Below are positions 10,845 to 21,058 of a DNA stretch of 64,000 nucleotides, piece after piece. Source of the stretch: Spirochaetia bacterium (GTDB taxonomy: Bacteria; Spirochaetota; Spirochaetia; DSM-2461). The stretch spans positions 768,001-832,000 of the forward strand of contig CAXXIA010000001.1 in NCBI GenBank assembly GCA_963666985.2, read 5' to 3'. The stretch's first letter is position 1. Each line of letters opens with the position of its first letter. The notes below the pieces were generated by a model. The model did no database searches and was not told where the DNA came from. It saw only the letters and a list, made by a program, of their open reading frames with translations. The translations under genes were made by a program, and so were the position numbers.

Positions 10845-11195
10845 ATGACTGTAAATCCCATGATGAGCGGACAAACGGCGTATGAGGCTCAACTCAATGT
10901 GTCGCAAACCGATGCGCTTTCCAGAAAAGCCGCTTCCTCTCAGGCCGAGGAACTCCGGGAAGCGTGTGAGGGATTCGAGACGATTTTTGTTAAAATGATG
11001 CTTGATTCCATGAGAAAAACGCTATCGGATGATACACTGATACCCAAGAACTCCGGAGAAAAGCTTTTTGAAGATCAGCTTTATGATGAATATGCTGAGA
11101 AAATAAGTCAAACCGCGGGGTTGGGTATTGCCGATATGATGTATAAGCAGCTGGAATCGGGGATATCGGGAGCCAATATAGATATCACATTCTAA
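10845..11195 (+). CDS. flgJ: Rod-binding protein (single-domain FlgJ)
   Basis: LREACEGFETIFVKMMLDSMRKT...GLGIADMMYKQL; follows flgG. Confidence 0.85.
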   Translation: MTVNPMMSGQTAYEAQLNVSQTDALSRKAASSQAEELREACEGFETIFVKMMLDSMRKTLSDDTLIPKNSGEKLFEDQLYDEYAEKISQTAGLGIADMMYKQLESGISGANIDITF

Positions 11196-11254
11196 GGAGT
11201 AATTCCTGTTTTTATAGAATAAATTGCTTTATCGAAGTATACAAAAGTAGACAT

Positions 11255-11284
11255 AAGGGGGTTCATGACGGAACCCCCTTTTTT
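11255..11284 (+). terminator. Rho-independent terminator after flgJ
   Basis: AAGGGGGTTC-loop-GAACCCCCTT followed by T-run. Confidence 0.8.
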
Positions 11285-11346
11285 GTTGCAGGTTATATAT
11301 CCTTTTATGGAAACAAAATAGATCATTTCTCGGTAATTCCATGAAT

Positions 11347-11362
11347 TTGGCATGGAATTTGT
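11347..11362 (+). promoter_or_regulatory. Putative sigma-54 (-24/-12) promoter
   Basis: TTGGCATGGAATTTGT vs consensus TGGCAC-N5-TTGC (GT instead of GC at -12). Confidence 0.4.
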
Positions 11363-11377
11363 GTGTTAATTGGCAAG

Positions 11378-12223
11378 ATGACTAAGAAAACAACACGTCA
11401 AGATGACACAGACTTAACGCTTCATGCCTATCTCGAGGAGATCAGTCGCTTTTCTCTCTTGGATTACGAGCAGGAGTTGGACTACTCACGCCGTATAGAG
11501 AAAGGCGATCGAGAAGCTCTTGATTCGTTGATCAACGCAAATCTCAGGCTGGTTGTAAAAATCGCCAAAGCCTATGTCAGTTTCGAAATGGGACTGATGG
11601 ATTTGATTCAAGAAGGAAATCTCGGTTTGATAAAAGCTGCCGAGAAATACGATCACCGTAAAGAAGTCCGATTCAGTACCTATGCGTCATTTTGGATTAA
11701 ACAATCCATCAGTCGAGCCATAACGAACAAACGTCGCGCCATCAGGCTCCCTCATCGAAAGGAAGAGGCCTTAAAAAGACTTCAGAAAATATCCGAAGAG
11801 TTCGCTCAGGAGTACTTTCGCCAGCCGACGATCGAAGAACTTGCGGCTTACAGCGGCATGATGGAAGAAGAAGTGTCGACGGTCATGGATCTTGCCGCCA
11901 CAACCGTTTCTCTTGATTCCGAAATCAATACCAACAGCGGAACACTGCTTGATGTCCTTGAGGATCATTCTTACAGCCCCGACGGCGAACTTGTCCGAAA
12001 AAACCTGCAGGAAGATACTCGGAAGTTCCTCAGTGTTCTCAGAGAGAGAGAAAGAGAAATCCTGATGTATCGGTTCGCTTTCGACGGCGGCGAGAAAAAG
12101 ACTTTGAAGACAATCGGCGAACAGATGGGCATCTCGCCCGAAACCGTCAGACAAATTGAAATGAGGGCTTTGAAGAAGCTGCGATACGAGGCCGAGCCCA
12201 TTCGGGAATATCTTTATAATTAA
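11378..12223 (+). CDS. Sigma-70 family (RpoD/RpoS-like) RNA polymerase sigma factor
   Basis: Region 1.2 YLEEI, ANLRLVVKIAK, DLIQEGNLGL, RFSTYASFWIKQ, region 4 ETVRQIE; no region 1.1. Confidence 0.9.
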   Translation: MTKKTTRQDDTDLTLHAYLEEISRFSLLDYEQELDYSRRIEKGDREALDSLINANLRLVVKIAKAYVSFEMGLMDLIQEGNLGLIKAAEKYDHRKEVRFSTYASFWIKQSISRAITNKRRAIRLPHRKEEALKRLQKISEEFAQEYFRQPTIEELAAYSGMMEEEVSTVMDLAATTVSLDSEINTNSGTLLDVLEDHSYSPDGELVRKNLQEDTRKFLSVLREREREILMYRFAFDGGEKKTLKTIGEQMGISPETVRQIEMRALKKLRYEAEPIREYLYN

Positions 12224-12232
12224 ATTGGAAAG

Positions 12233-12260
12233 GCCGTCGGTTCACACCGGCGGTTTTTTT
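12233..12260 (+). terminator. Rho-independent terminator
   Basis: GCCGTCGG/CCGGCGGT stem followed by T7. Confidence 0.65.
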
Positions 12261-12276
12261 ATTATACTTACCCACC

Positions 12277-13293
12277 ATGAACGTTCTCGGAATCGAGACA
12301 AGCTGTGATGAGTGCTCCGTATCCGTCGTAACCGACGGAAAAAAGATCCTTTCCAATGTCATTGCGACACAAGTGGAGCGTCATGCTCCGTGGAACGGCG
12401 TTGTTCCGGAAATCGCATCAAGACTCCATGTCGAATGGATTGATGAGGTGACTTCCAAAGCCTTGGAGGAAGCCGGAACGGATTTGCATGACGATATCGA
12501 CGCTATTGCCGTAACCTCCAGGCCGGGACTTATCGGCTCTTTGTTGGTGGGTCTTTCTTATGCCAAGGGGCTTGCATGGGCGGCCGGGAAACCCTGGGTG
12601 GGCGTGGATCATATGATGGCGCATCTTTTTGCGCCTCAGCTTGAGTATGATATCCAATATCCGACTCTCGGCCTTATCGTATCCGGGGGGCATACGATTC
12701 TCTGCATGGTCGAGTCCTTGGATGAAGTCGCTGTTCTCGGAACAACGATCGACGACGCCTGCGGAGAGGCTTTCGATAAAGTCGCTAAATTTTATGAGAT
12801 GGGATATCCGGGCGGTGTGATTCTCGACAAGATTGCGGAACAGGGCGATCCCGAGGCTTATCGGTTCCCCGAACCGCGTCTCTATAAAGGCGATCATCGT
12901 TATGATGTATCTTATTCGGGACTGAAAACGGCGGCCATCAATCAGGCCGAACAATTCAGGAGCGAAGGAGCCGTTTTTTCAAAGGAAAATATCGCCGCGT
13001 CTTTTCGCAAGGCCGCCATCGATATGCTGGTGAATCGCATCAGAAGAGCTGCGGATGATACGGGTGTAAGACGCGTTGTTGCCGGCGGAGGAGTTTCCGC
13101 GAATCGCTACTTAAGAAAAACTTTGGAAGAAGATTCCACATTGGAAACGTATTTCCCGTCGATGAAGCTGTGTACGGATAACGGCGCCATGATCGCCGCT
13201 CTCGGATACCATCGGCTTATGGCCGGCGAAAGATCCGGATTGGATTTGAATGCGGCCGCAAGAGTTGCGGGATTGAGAAAATCATACCCGTAA
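12277..13293 (+). CDS. tsaD: tRNA N6-adenosine threonylcarbamoyltransferase
   Basis: LGIETSCDE, GVVPEIASRLH, HMMAH, SGGHT, DDACGEAFDK, CTDNGAMIA. Confidence 0.96.
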   Translation: MNVLGIETSCDECSVSVVTDGKKILSNVIATQVERHAPWNGVVPEIASRLHVEWIDEVTSKALEEAGTDLHDDIDAIAVTSRPGLIGSLLVGLSYAKGLAWAAGKPWVGVDHMMAHLFAPQLEYDIQYPTLGLIVSGGHTILCMVESLDEVAVLGTTIDDACGEAFDKVAKFYEMGYPGGVILDKIAEQGDPEAYRFPEPRLYKGDHRYDVSYSGLKTAAINQAEQFRSEGAVFSKENIAASFRKAAIDMLVNRIRRAADDTGVRRVVAGGGVSANRYLRKTLEEDSTLETYFPSMKLCTDNGAMIAALGYHRLMAGERSGLDLNAAARVAGLRKSYP

Positions 13294-13477
13294 GAGATTG
13301 CTGTGTGTTCAGTTGAAGATATTGACCGTTTATATGCCGAACATTAAGGTGAATCGTTCGTTAAAAAAACAATTGTCGAAAAAACCCGATGAAAACGATG
13401 CGAAAGGGTTTCCTTTTAAAATCGTTTTATTTAAAAATTATCTCGGGTTAACCGAAAAAAAACATCAGGAGCTTGAT

Positions 13478-14011
13478 ATGAGTAAGATTTTCGATCTCGA
13501 TACAGCCATTAGAAAAATCCCTGATTATCCTTCCGAAGGATTTCTTTTTTACGACATCACAAGCATTCTTACGAATCCGGATGCCTTTGTGTACTGCATC
13601 GACCGCATGGTCGAAATTTATAAAGATTCTCCCATTACCGCTGTTGCGGGTATCGAATCCCGCGGATTTATTTTTGCCGCACCTTTGGCCGCCAGATTGG
13701 GAATCCCTCTGATTCTTGTGAGAAAGGCCGGGAAACTTCCCGGAGAAACCTACCATGAGGATTATGAACTTGAGTACGGCCATGCCGCCGTTGAAATCCA
13801 TAAGTCGGATGTGCCGAAGGGCGGAAATGTTCTGCTCATAGACGATCTTATCGCCACAGGCGGAACTCTGCAGGCCGCCAAGAAGATTCTTGAAGAAGGC
13901 GGCGCCATGGTGAAAAAAGTTTTTGGCGTAATCGGCCTGCCTTTCCTGGAATATGAAAAGAAATTACAGGGAGTCGAAGTCACAACACTCATTAATTACG
14001 ATAGTGAGTAG
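13478..14011 (+). CDS. apt: Adenine phosphoribosyltransferase
   Basis: IPDYP..G.LFYDIT, ESRGF, RKAGKLP, LEYG, IDDLIATGGT; ATG 13478 follows AGGAG. Confidence 0.95.
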   Translation: MSKIFDLDTAIRKIPDYPSEGFLFYDITSILTNPDAFVYCIDRMVEIYKDSPITAVAGIESRGFIFAAPLAARLGIPLILVRKAGKLPGETYHEDYELEYGHAAVEIHKSDVPKGGNVLLIDDLIATGGTLQAAKKILEEGGAMVKKVFGVIGLPFLEYEKKLQGVEVTTLINYDSE

Positions 14012-14027
14012 AGAATCCCAGCGGAGC

Positions 14028-14057
14028 TTGACGCAAGCTTAAGGGCGAGGATATAGT
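14028..14057 (+). promoter_or_regulatory. Sigma-70 promoter of tRNA pair
   Basis: TTGACG-N18-TATAGT just upstream of tRNA-Gln. Confidence 0.6.
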
Positions 14058-14074
14058 ACGTTTCGGATTTACAG

Positions 14075-14146
14075 TTCCCGGTAGTGTAATTGGTAACACT
14101 GCAGATTCTGGTTCTGCCTTTGGGGGTTCGAGTCCTCCCCGGGAAG
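14075..14146 (+). tRNA. tRNA-Gln (CTG)
   Basis: Acceptor TTCCCGG/CCGGGAA, anticodon arm GCAGA-TTCTGGT-TCTGC, T-loop GGTTCGAGTCC; CCA not encoded. Confidence 0.93.
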
Positions 14147-14195
14147 CTTACAGCACGTATTTACATGCGTGCTGTATTATTTGGATCGAAAGATC

Positions 14196-14267
14196 GGTCC
14201 CTTCGTCTAACGGTTAGGACAGGAGATTCTCATTCTTCAAATAGGGGTTCGATTCCCCTAGGGACTA
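14196..14267 (+). tRNA. tRNA-Glu (CTC)
   Basis: Acceptor GGTCCCT/AGGGACT, anticodon arm GGAGA-TTCTCAT-TCTTC, T-arm AGGGG-TTCGATT-CCCCT; CCA not encoded. Confidence 0.93.
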
Positions 14268-14590
14268 AAATCGACCCGAAAGGGTCGGTTTTTTTTATGG
14301 AAACAGAAATAGAAAGCGGCTTTCGTTTTCGTTTAATGAATCTTAGGGCCGCCGGTTCAGTCGGCTCGGCATCCGTTTCGAGCCGACCTCCAAGGATTCG
14401 GATACGCTCCACCTTTCGATTTTTAAGGGAAATCGAACCCCGAAGGTGACGCCGACCGAAAGGGAGGATCAGCAAGCAGGAAGCTTGCGGAAGTCACCGG
14501 AGGCGGCTTTTTCAAGCCGGCAGGACGCCGGCGCGGGAAAAGTCGATTCCCCTAGGGACTAAAATCGACCCGAAAGGGTCGGTTTTTTTT
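14249..14590 (+). repeat. 48-bp perfect direct repeat (tRNA-Glu 3' end + terminator) at 14249-14296 and 14543-14590
   Basis: TCGATTCCCCTAGGGACTAAAATCGACCCGAAAGGGTCGGTTTTTTTT occurs twice, flanking a 246-bp non-coding structured insert. Confidence 0.95.
14268..14296 (+). terminator. Terminator after tRNA-Glu
   Basis: ATCGACCC-GAAA-GGGTCGGT followed by T-run. Confidence 0.85.
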
Positions 14591-14651
14591 GTCTTTTTTC
14601 GACAAAAAGATTCAAATCGACCAAGACTTTGCAAACTCGGTTCAGGAAATG

Positions 14652-14690
14652 AATGCATAAATATTGACCATTTTTGCATATTTATACATT
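14652..14690 (+). promoter_or_regulatory. Tandem ARG boxes (ArgR operator) overlapping carA promoter
   Basis: AATGCATAAATATTGACC and TTTGCATATTTATACATT, two 18-mers 3 bp apart, overlapping TTGACC -35. Confidence 0.75.
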
Positions 14691-14698
14691 CTACTGAC

Positions 14699-15853
14699 AT
14701 GATTCCCAATTCCTATTTGATACTCGACGACGGGAGCGTTTGGCCGGGAAAGTCTTTTGGAGCAACACCTCCAGCTGCCGACAGCCTTGCGAATGCCGAT
14801 GTTTCGTTTGACGGAGAGGTTATATTCAATACGGGTATGACCGGCTATCACGAAATTTTGACCGATCCATCTTATACCGGACAGATCGTCTTGATGACCT
14901 ATCCTCATATTGGAAACTACGGCGATGACGATTCATGGTCTGAAATCGGCCCCGAATCGGGCCGAGAGGGACTTCCCGGGATAAAGGCCGGAGGTTTGGT
15001 CGTCCGAAGCGTTTATGACGGCCGGGTTCCGGCGGGACGGATCAAACTGAACGAATTCCTGAAAAAAAACGGTGTTTGCGGAATCAGTGAAGTCGATACC
15101 AGAGGATTAACGCTTAAGCTTCGCTCGGAAGGCAGCCGCAACGGAATCATCGTCGGCGCAGGACCGAACGGCGATCTTTCGGAAGAAGAGAAAAAAGCGG
15201 CACTTCTGTATCTGCAATCTCTTCCGTCCATGGCGGGGGCGGACCTTACGGGCAAGGTGGGAACGGCCGAGGTGAGTGCAATCAATCCGGAAGGGAAAAT
15301 CCATGTTGCCCTTTTGGACTGCGGATTGAAGATGAACATTATCAGGGAATTGGTTTCCAGGAATGCGCGGGTAACGGTCCTCCCTTCAAAAACGACTCTC
15401 GAAGATATTCAAACGTTGAAGCCGGACGCACTCTTATTATCAAACGGGCCGGGAGACCCCGAACCGCTCGAATCGCAGGCCTCGCTTGCCGCCGGATTAC
15501 TGGGAAAAATTCCGCTCTGGGGAATCTGTCTGGGGCACCAGATCCTTTCCAGAGCCATAGGCGGAAAAACCTATAAAATGAGTTTCGGTCATCATGGTTT
15601 GAATCATCCGGTAAGGGATGAAAAAACGGGACGCGTTTTCGTAACAAGCCAGAATCACGGTTTCGCCGTTGACGAAGCCTCCCTGCCGGATGGGTTTACG
15701 GTAAGATTTCGGAATGCCAACGACGGAAGCGTGGAAGGAATCGAAAATACCGACCTTAAGCTCATCTGCGTACAGCATCATCCCGAGGCTTCTCCCGGAC
15801 CTGACGATTCGTCATGGATTTTCGATCTGTTTCTGGAAACCTTGGAGGATTGA
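14699..15853 (+). CDS. carA: Carbamoyl-phosphate synthase small subunit
   Basis: [45 protein letters not shown]. Confidence 0.96.
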   Translation: MIPNSYLILDDGSVWPGKSFGATPPAADSLANADVSFDGEVIFNTGMTGYHEILTDPSYTGQIVLMTYPHIGNYGDDDSWSEIGPESGREGLPGIKAGGLVVRSVYDGRVPAGRIKLNEFLKKNGVCGISEVDTRGLTLKLRSEGSRNGIIVGAGPNGDLSEEEKKAALLYLQSLPSMAGADLTGKVGTAEVSAINPEGKIHVALLDCGLKMNIIRELVSRNARVTVLPSKTTLEDIQTLKPDALLLSNGPGDPEPLESQASLAAGLLGKIPLWGICLGHQILSRAIGGKTYKMSFGHHGLNHPVRDEKTGRVFVTSQNHGFAVDEASLPDGFTVRFRNANDGSVEGIENTDLKLICVQHHPEASPGPDDSSWIFDLFLETLED

Positions 15854-15855
15854 GG

Positions 15856-18800
15856 ATGCCCGCAAGAGAAGATCTGAACACAATATTGGTTATCGGTTCC
15901 GGACCCATCGTTATCGGGCAAGCCTGCGAGTTCGATTACTCGGGGACTCAAGCGGTCAGGGCTCTTGAAGAAGAAGGCTACAGGGTTGTTCTGGTTAATC
16001 CTAATCCCGCAACGGTGATGACCACCCCGGGAATCGCCGAGTCCATTTATGTTGAGCCGTTAACGCCCGAATATATCGAATCGGTGATTAAGGAAGAACG
16101 GCCTGATGCTCTTCTTTCCACGATGGGCGGGCAGACCGCTTTGAATCTGACTCTGGAACTCAGAGATCTCGGAATTCTTGATAAATACGGGGTGGAAGTT
16201 ATCGGCGCGTCCGTCGAATCCATACGAAAAGCCGAAGATCGTTCCGCGTTTAAAACCGTTATCGAATCCTTGGGGCTTGAATCACCCAAATCTGTTTTAT
16301 GCCGCAGCATTGCCGCAGCCAAAACCACGGCGCGGGAGATCGGCTTCCCGCTGATTATTCGTCCTTCCTTTACCTTGGGCGGCATGGGCGGTTCCATCGC
16401 TTTTGAAGAAGCCGAATTCGATTCTCTGGTGGAAAAGGCGCTTCGGGCCAGCCCTACCCATGAGGCGCTTATTGAAGAGTCTCTTATCGGATGGAAGGAG
16501 TTCGAGCTTGAGGTTATGCGGGATAAGGCGGATAACGCCGTTATCGTTTGTTCCATCGAGAATATCGATCCGATGGGAACGCATACCGGTGATTCGATAA
16601 CCATTGCTCCCGCCCAAACCCTTTCGGATCGGGAATATCAGAAGATGCGCACCGCGGCGATTGAAATCCTTAAGGCCATCGGCGTCGACTGCGGAGGATC
16701 GAATGTCCAATTCGCCGTTCATCCGGAAACGGGAAGGATGATCGTCATCGAAATGAACCCGCGTGTGTCCCGTTCCTCGGCCTTGGCCTCTAAGGCCACC
16801 GGATTCCCCATAGCCAGAGGTTCTGCGAAACTGGCCGTCGGCTATACGCTGGATGAAGTGATGAATGAAATCACGGGGAAAACGGCGCTGGCCTTTGAAC
16901 CGGCTTTGGATTATTGCGCGGTTAAGGTTCCCCGTTTCGAAACGGAAAAATTTCCATCGGCCTACGGTGTGCTGGGAACGCAGATGAAATCGGTGGGCGA
17001 GTCGCTGGCTCTCGGCAGAACCGCCATAGAAGCGCTGAATAAGGCCGTAAGGGCCGCCGAATCCGGTTATGACGGCCTGGAATGCCTGGAACTCCCGCGG
17101 GAGGAAGAGGAGCGTATTCTCTGCAGCGCTCATCCTCGTCGGCTTTTGAGTGCATGGACGGTGATAAAGAGGGAAGGACGCTCCGCTCTGGACGAATTAT
17201 CGCGGAAAACAGGCTTTGATCCGTGGTTTCTGCATCAAATGGCGAATCAGGCCGAATTGGAATCCGAATTGGAACGTTCCGGCGGTGTGCCGTCCGCCCC
17301 TATTTATCTGGAGGCGAAGCGATACGGAATCTCCGATGCCCGAATCGCCGCGTTGGCGGGCATCGGGGAACAAGAACTCCGGACTCTGCGGGAGAGCGAA
17401 AACCTAAAACCCTGTTATCACCTGGTGGATACCTGTGCGGGCGAGTTTGAGGCCTCCACTCCTTATTTTTATTCGACATGGGGAGAGGCCGATGAAGGTG
17501 AACCGATCGGCGAGGATGCCGTGATTATCATCTCATCCGGACCGAATCGGATCGGACAGGGACTGGAATTCGATACGGGCTGCACATTGGCGTCTTTGGC
17601 TTGGCGGAATCTGGGACATAAAACCGTGATGATCAACAGCAATCCGGAAACGGTTTCAACGGATTACAACACTTCGAGCCGGCTCTATATTGAGCCGCTG
17701 ACGGCCGAGCATGTGAAGGATGTGCTGCGGAAAGAAGGCGCGAAAAGGGTTGTGGTGCAGCTCGGAGGACAAACGCCGCTGAACATGGCCGAAGAGCTTG
17801 AGGCTTCCGGCGCGCAGATAGTCGGAACCTCGGTGGAGCAGATTCGCAGAAGTGAAGACAGACAGCTTTTTTCGGCGGCCATATCGAAACTGGGCCTCAG
17901 ACAGCCGAAGAACCGCAGCGCCTCGACAAGGGAAGAAGTCGTTATCCTCGCGCGTCAAATCGGTTTTCCGGTACTCTTAAGACCGTCCTTCGTACTCGGC
18001 GGAAGAAGCATGATGATCGCCTACGGCGAGGAGGAACTTGAGGCTTTTCTGGCGAAAGGAATCCCCGTATCTCCCGAAAGGCCTGTTCTGGTGGATCAAT
18101 TCCTTGAAGATGCTTTTGAATACGACATGGACGCCGTTTCGGATGGAGAGAATCTTTATGTCGGAGGCATCCTTCAGCATATCGAAGCGGCGGGAATCCA
18201 TTCCGGGGACTCCGCGGCCGTTTTCCCTCCCTACAAATCGACACCGGCCGTTCTGGACGCCATGCGGGATGCCGCACGGAAAATCGCCAAGGAATTCGGA
18301 ATTATCGGTTTTTTGAACATTCAATTCGCGGCAAAGGATAATGTTCTTTATCTGATTGAGGTGAATCCGCGCGCTTCCCGAACCGTTCCTTTCTTAAGCA
18401 AGGCCTCGGGCGTGAATATGGTTGCCCTTGCTGTGAAGGTTTGGGAAGGGCGGTCGCTTGCCGAGCAGGGAATGGTGGATTCAACGGGATACGGAGAAGG
18501 ACGGTGTCTTACCGGATGGGCCGTGAAAGAGGCCGTATTCTCTTTCGACCGCTTTGTCGGGCTGGATCCGATACTCGGTCCCGAAATGAAATCGACAGGC
18601 GAGGCCATCGGTACGGGCGCTACATTCGGAGAGGCCTTCGCCAAGGTTCAAAGAGCCGTCGGGACGATTCTTCCCAAAGAAGGAAGGGTATTCGTTTCGG
18701 TGAATAAAAAAGATCGGGACACAATCCTGCCGACCGTGAAAGAACTTGTCGATTTGGGCTTTGCCGTCTGTGCGACCAGGGGAACGGCCAACTACCTTTT

Positions 18801-19125
18801 TGAAAAGGGGATCTTTTCCGAAGTTATTCTGAAGGTCCACGAGGGGCATCCGAACGTTCTGGATCATATGAGATCGGGAAGAATCCAGCTGCTGATCAAC
18901 ACTCCCAGCGGACGAAACAGTCAGATAGGCGGTGAAGACATTCGAACCGAAGCGGTCGCCATGAAAATTCCTTACACCACCACAACAAGCGCGGCCGCCG
19001 CAGCGGTGCACGGCATCCGATATCTGAGAACCGGATACGCGGAAGTGAAACGTCTTCCCAAGACCGAAAAGTTCGATGTTTCATCTAAAAACGATAATAT
19101 ATCGAAATCTTCTGTATTACGATAA
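15856..19125 (+). CDS. carB: Carbamoyl-phosphate synthase large subunit
   Basis: MPARED...[17 protein letters not shown], duplicated ATP-grasp ([19 protein letters not shown]), C-terminal MGS domain. Confidence 0.96.
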   Translation: MPAREDLNTILVIGSGPIVIGQACEFDYSGTQAVRALEEEGYRVVLVNPNPATVMTTPGIAESIYVEPLTPEYIESVIKEERPDALLSTMGGQTALNLTLELRDLGILDKYGVEVIGASVESIRKAEDRSAFKTVIESLGLESPKSVLCRSIAAAKTTAREIGFPLIIRPSFTLGGMGGSIAFEEAEFDSLVEKALRASPTHEALIEESLIGWKEFELEVMRDKADNAVIVCSIENIDPMGTHTGDSITIAPAQTLSDREYQKMRTAAIEILKAIGVDCGGSNVQFAVHPETGRMIVIEMNPRVSRSSALASKATGFPIARGSAKLAVGYTLDEVMNEITGKTALAFEPALDYCAVKVPRFETEKFPSAYGVLGTQMKSVGESLALGRTAIEALNKAVRAAESGYDGLECLELPREEEERILCSAHPRRLLSAWTVIKREGRSALDELSRKTGFDPWFLHQMANQAELESELERSGGVPSAPIYLEAKRYGISDARIAALAGIGEQELRTLRESENLKPCYHLVDTCAGEFEASTPYFYSTWGEADEGEPIGEDAVIIISSGPNRIGQGLEFDTGCTLASLAWRNLGHKTVMINSNPETVSTDYNTSSRLYIEPLTAEHVKDVLRKEGAKRVVVQLGGQTPLNMAEELEASGAQIVGTSVEQIRRSEDRQLFSAAISKLGLRQPKNRSASTREEVVILARQIGFPVLLRPSFVLGGRSMMIAYGEEELEAFLAKGIPVSPERPVLVDQFLEDAFEYDMDAVSDGENLYVGGILQHIEAAGIHSGDSAAVFPPYKSTPAVLDAMRDAARKIAKEFGIIGFLNIQFAAKDNVLYLIEVNPRASRTVPFLSKASGVNMVALAVKVWEGRSLAEQGMVDSTGYGEGRCLTGWAVKEAVFSFDRFVGLDPILGPEMKSTGEAIGTGATFGEAFAKVQRAVGTILPKEGRVFVSVNKKDRDTILPTVKELVDLGFAVCATRGTANYLFEKGIFSEVILKVHEGHPNVLDHMRSGRIQLLINTPSGRNSQIGGEDIRTEAVAMKIPYTTTTSAAAAAVHGIRYLRTGYAEVKRLPKTEKFDVSSKNDNISKSSVLR

Positions 19126-19147
19126 TTACAAGTGTTATTCTAAGGAT

Positions 19148-20857
19148 ATGGAGTCAATATTCGACCGGCTTGCCAGAGAATTGTCACGGGAAGAACGCCG
19201 GTCTCTTTTAACGAAAATTGGTGAATCTCAGGATCTGAATGAAGAACCCATGAGGCTTGATGAAGTATCCGCCAATGAACCGGTTATTTTAGACAGGGAA
19301 TTCGCGGAGCTCTCTTTTTTTGCGCGTCTTAGGATTGTTCTTTTAGGATTTTTTACGGGCCGGGGAAGGCATAAACTCACCGAAGAGTTCCTGCTTCATA
19401 AAATTCAGCGGAAAGTGGAGCGGGGCTCATCCGGATTATTTGATTTCAACAGGGAATTGGTCAGCCCGAAAATGCACGATCAGATCGCCAGGCTGAAGTC
19501 GGCGATGGATGTTTTTCATCGTCCCATGATGCGCGCCCTGGAGGGAGATAAACCCGATTTTTACGCGCTTCTGGCGAAACTTGAGTTTGAAGACATTATT
19601 CAGCGGCTTGAAACGGAAACGAATCCGTATCATTTGGAAGAAGAAGCACCCGGCTCTCTTCCCTCTGAAATCAAGAAAAAAATGGATTCCGTTTTCGAGA
19701 TGATTCTGGGGGATATCATCCCGGATCGGCGGCGGCGGATGTCGGCCCATACAACGGCTTTGGCGCGGCTTCGAACCTTAACGCGTTATCCCTATGATCG
19801 AATCCTCGCTCTTTTTCCTCCCAGCGACCAGGGAGCGGCCGCCGCCGCGTCGCTCAGGCAGCTGAAGGATCCGCTCTTGGAGCTCGGCGATGCCCTTTAC
19901 GCATTTCGTTCTCCGCCGGCCACCACACTTTTGGAATCACTCTTTCTTTTTGAACTGCAGGATATCCTGGTCGACGAGAGCAGCCGGCTGGAACTTGAGC
20001 TGACCGAACGAATGGACAGAGCCGCCGCGGCGCTGGATATAATCAGAAAAATCAATTCCGATATTCCTTGGGGCGATCTTCTTAAAGCTTTGGCCGAAGA
20101 TCTTCGGTATTCGCCCCGACCTGTCGGCGGCGGAGAAGATTGGTTTCATGTGTTCAAAACGTTCTGGAAAAACAGATTGGCCGTCCGCTATCGCGCCTGG
20201 GCCGAAAAAAAGCGTCAGGCGGAACTCCTTCGCGGATTAACGGCCCTCTGGGGCTTGGAGATTATTGCCGAAATTCCCGGATACCGTGCGAATGAATTCC
20301 CCGAAAACATCCAGCCGCGGCATAATTCCAGTTTCGCGGCGACTCTGGCGCTTTTTCTTGAGGTGTTCCAAGGAAGGCTCTATCACAGTCTTAATCTCAT
20401 CATGATAGACGGGAAATTCTATAAAAAAGACAACCGCAGGGAATTTGAGGAAGTCTACGGAAGATTTTTAAAGACTCCCGATAAGGTCAGAGCCCTTGTG
20501 ACCCGATTGCGGCCCGACGGAGAGTTCGGTATCCGTCAGGCGGATTTGAGGAGATTGGCCGCTTCCGGCGAGAATATCGAAGATAAAATGAAAGACCATG
20601 TCAGATCGCTGGACAGGGAAAGTCAGAATCTTGTCGTTCCCATCATCGGCGATTTAAAGGCCATGTCGCGATTATTAAAAGGCATCCTTGATGGAAACGG
20701 GGGGACCTACGATACACTCTCGAACATGGCCGAAATCGGAGGACAGGGGCATAAAACCTTCAGAATGAGCCTTCAGGAAGTAGGGAATATCATACAGCAG
20801 AGTTCCGAACTTCTTTCGGACTTGGTTTCCCTGGAAGAGAAACGAATAGCGCCCTGA
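19148..20857 (+). CDS. Conserved spirochaete protein (DUF5312-like)
   Basis: Motifs GGEDWF..FK.FW, GKFYKKDNR.EF, YDTLSN; ATG after TAAGGA. Confidence 0.7.
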   Translation: MESIFDRLARELSREERRSLLTKIGESQDLNEEPMRLDEVSANEPVILDREFAELSFFARLRIVLLGFFTGRGRHKLTEEFLLHKIQRKVERGSSGLFDFNRELVSPKMHDQIARLKSAMDVFHRPMMRALEGDKPDFYALLAKLEFEDIIQRLETETNPYHLEEEAPGSLPSEIKKKMDSVFEMILGDIIPDRRRRMSAHTTALARLRTLTRYPYDRILALFPPSDQGAAAAASLRQLKDPLLELGDALYAFRSPPATTLLESLFLFELQDILVDESSRLELELTERMDRAAAALDIIRKINSDIPWGDLLKALAEDLRYSPRPVGGGEDWFHVFKTFWKNRLAVRYRAWAEKKRQAELLRGLTALWGLEIIAEIPGYRANEFPENIQPRHNSSFAATLALFLEVFQGRLYHSLNLIMIDGKFYKKDNRREFEEVYGRFLKTPDKVRALVTRLRPDGEFGIRQADLRRLAASGENIEDKMKDHVRSLDRESQNLVVPIIGDLKAMSRLLKGILDGNGGTYDTLSNMAEIGGQGHKTFRMSLQEVGNIIQQSSELLSDLVSLEEKRIAP

Positions 20858-21058
20858 TTGGAATTGACCCCCCCCGTCAATCCATGATCGAATGCCCCGG
20901 GTTTCGGTGTATCGGGACGAAATCCGATCGGAGACCGTATGATTCCGAGGCGAACCGGCCGATTTCTTCGGCAGGGTTCGTTTTTGAATCCCTTTTGCCG
21001 TATATCCCCCCGAAGAACCTCATCAGGAACGTATCCCCTTGAGATAAGGAGCTTGTAC

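Noticed and set aside
13298..13477. N-terminal extensions in the ORF track (apt, carB, argS, initiator, terminase large subunit)
   Set aside because: Downstream ATGs match family N-termini and RBS positions better.
14090..14449. 119-aa ORF over the tRNA genes
   Set aside because: Overlaps two clear tRNAs and a terminator; spurious.
14543..14561. Possible third tRNA gene
   Set aside because: Only the T-loop and acceptor 3' strand are present; no D or anticodon arms.
20858..21058. T-box riboswitch before argS
   Set aside because: No GGTGGNACCGCG T-box consensus or stem I motifs.
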